The translations under genes and the position numbers were made by a program. The notes beneath the pieces are model-generated. The model was given only the letters and a program-made list of their open reading frames with translations. It was not told where the DNA came from and made no database searches. DNA of 63,514 nt, counting the filler, from Octopus bimaculoides (lineage: Eukaryota), in assembly GCF_001194135.2 (NCBI RefSeq). It is 6 parts of 6 records of this genome, joined end to end, with 100 filler letters (N's around TTAATTAATTAA, not from the genome) between each part and the next. Parts side by side here need not be neighbours in the genome. Positions count along the whole stretch, not along the records: positions 61,376 to 63,514 come from NC_069003.1; 5 more parts are not named here. One strand, 5' to 3'. Shown piece by piece: positions 63,262 through 63,514 of this stretch (the first letter of the stretch is position 1; each line of letters opens with the position of its first letter).

Positions 63262-63514
63262 ACACCAGGCCTCTAATACTCTTCAAATACTTGCCCTGCT
63301 TACAACGCAAGCTAAAACTCGATTTCCTCCTAAAACCAAATGGCCCGTTGACACTGTGAACCTTATTACAAAGCATAAATACTTTACATGCATGGGCTCA
63401 CACACACACTTTCTCTCTCTCACACACACAGAGGGGCCCTATTATTTTGATTGGCTGCCCCTTGTCTGTGAGGTGCAAAGTTTTCAGGTCTGTTTGTAGA
63501 ATTTGGAAAGTGTT

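Overview
Eukaryotic, AT-rich, repeat-saturated DNA. The SINE, LINE and microsatellite families look cephalopod (Octopus-like); this is inferred from remembered repeat families, not from a database search. I found no convincing host protein-coding exon, rRNA, true tRNA or CRISPR array. Nearly every ORF in the supplied track is a microsatellite or N-gap artefact, or a decayed transposon. About 6.5 kb is N, and five 100-nt joins (44 N + TTAATTAATTAA + 44 N) mark synthetic contig junctions. Recognisable content: RTE LINE remnants (one with a C4HC3 PHD-type finger inside the RT), a maT/DD37D-type and two mariner remnants, two Penelope-like GIY-YIG remnants from different lineages, a fragmented R4/Dong-like RLE LINE, two gag-like L1/Tx1 ORF1 remnants, at least three tRNA-derived SINE families, two foldback/MITE families, and a ~2.4-kb array of a 33-bp minisatellite. 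The most interesting signal is a dispersed short repeat (6 copies) carrying a minimal type-I hammerhead-ribozyme-like motif. It shows compensatory base changes in stem I and has one non-canonical core variant (CUGUGGA).
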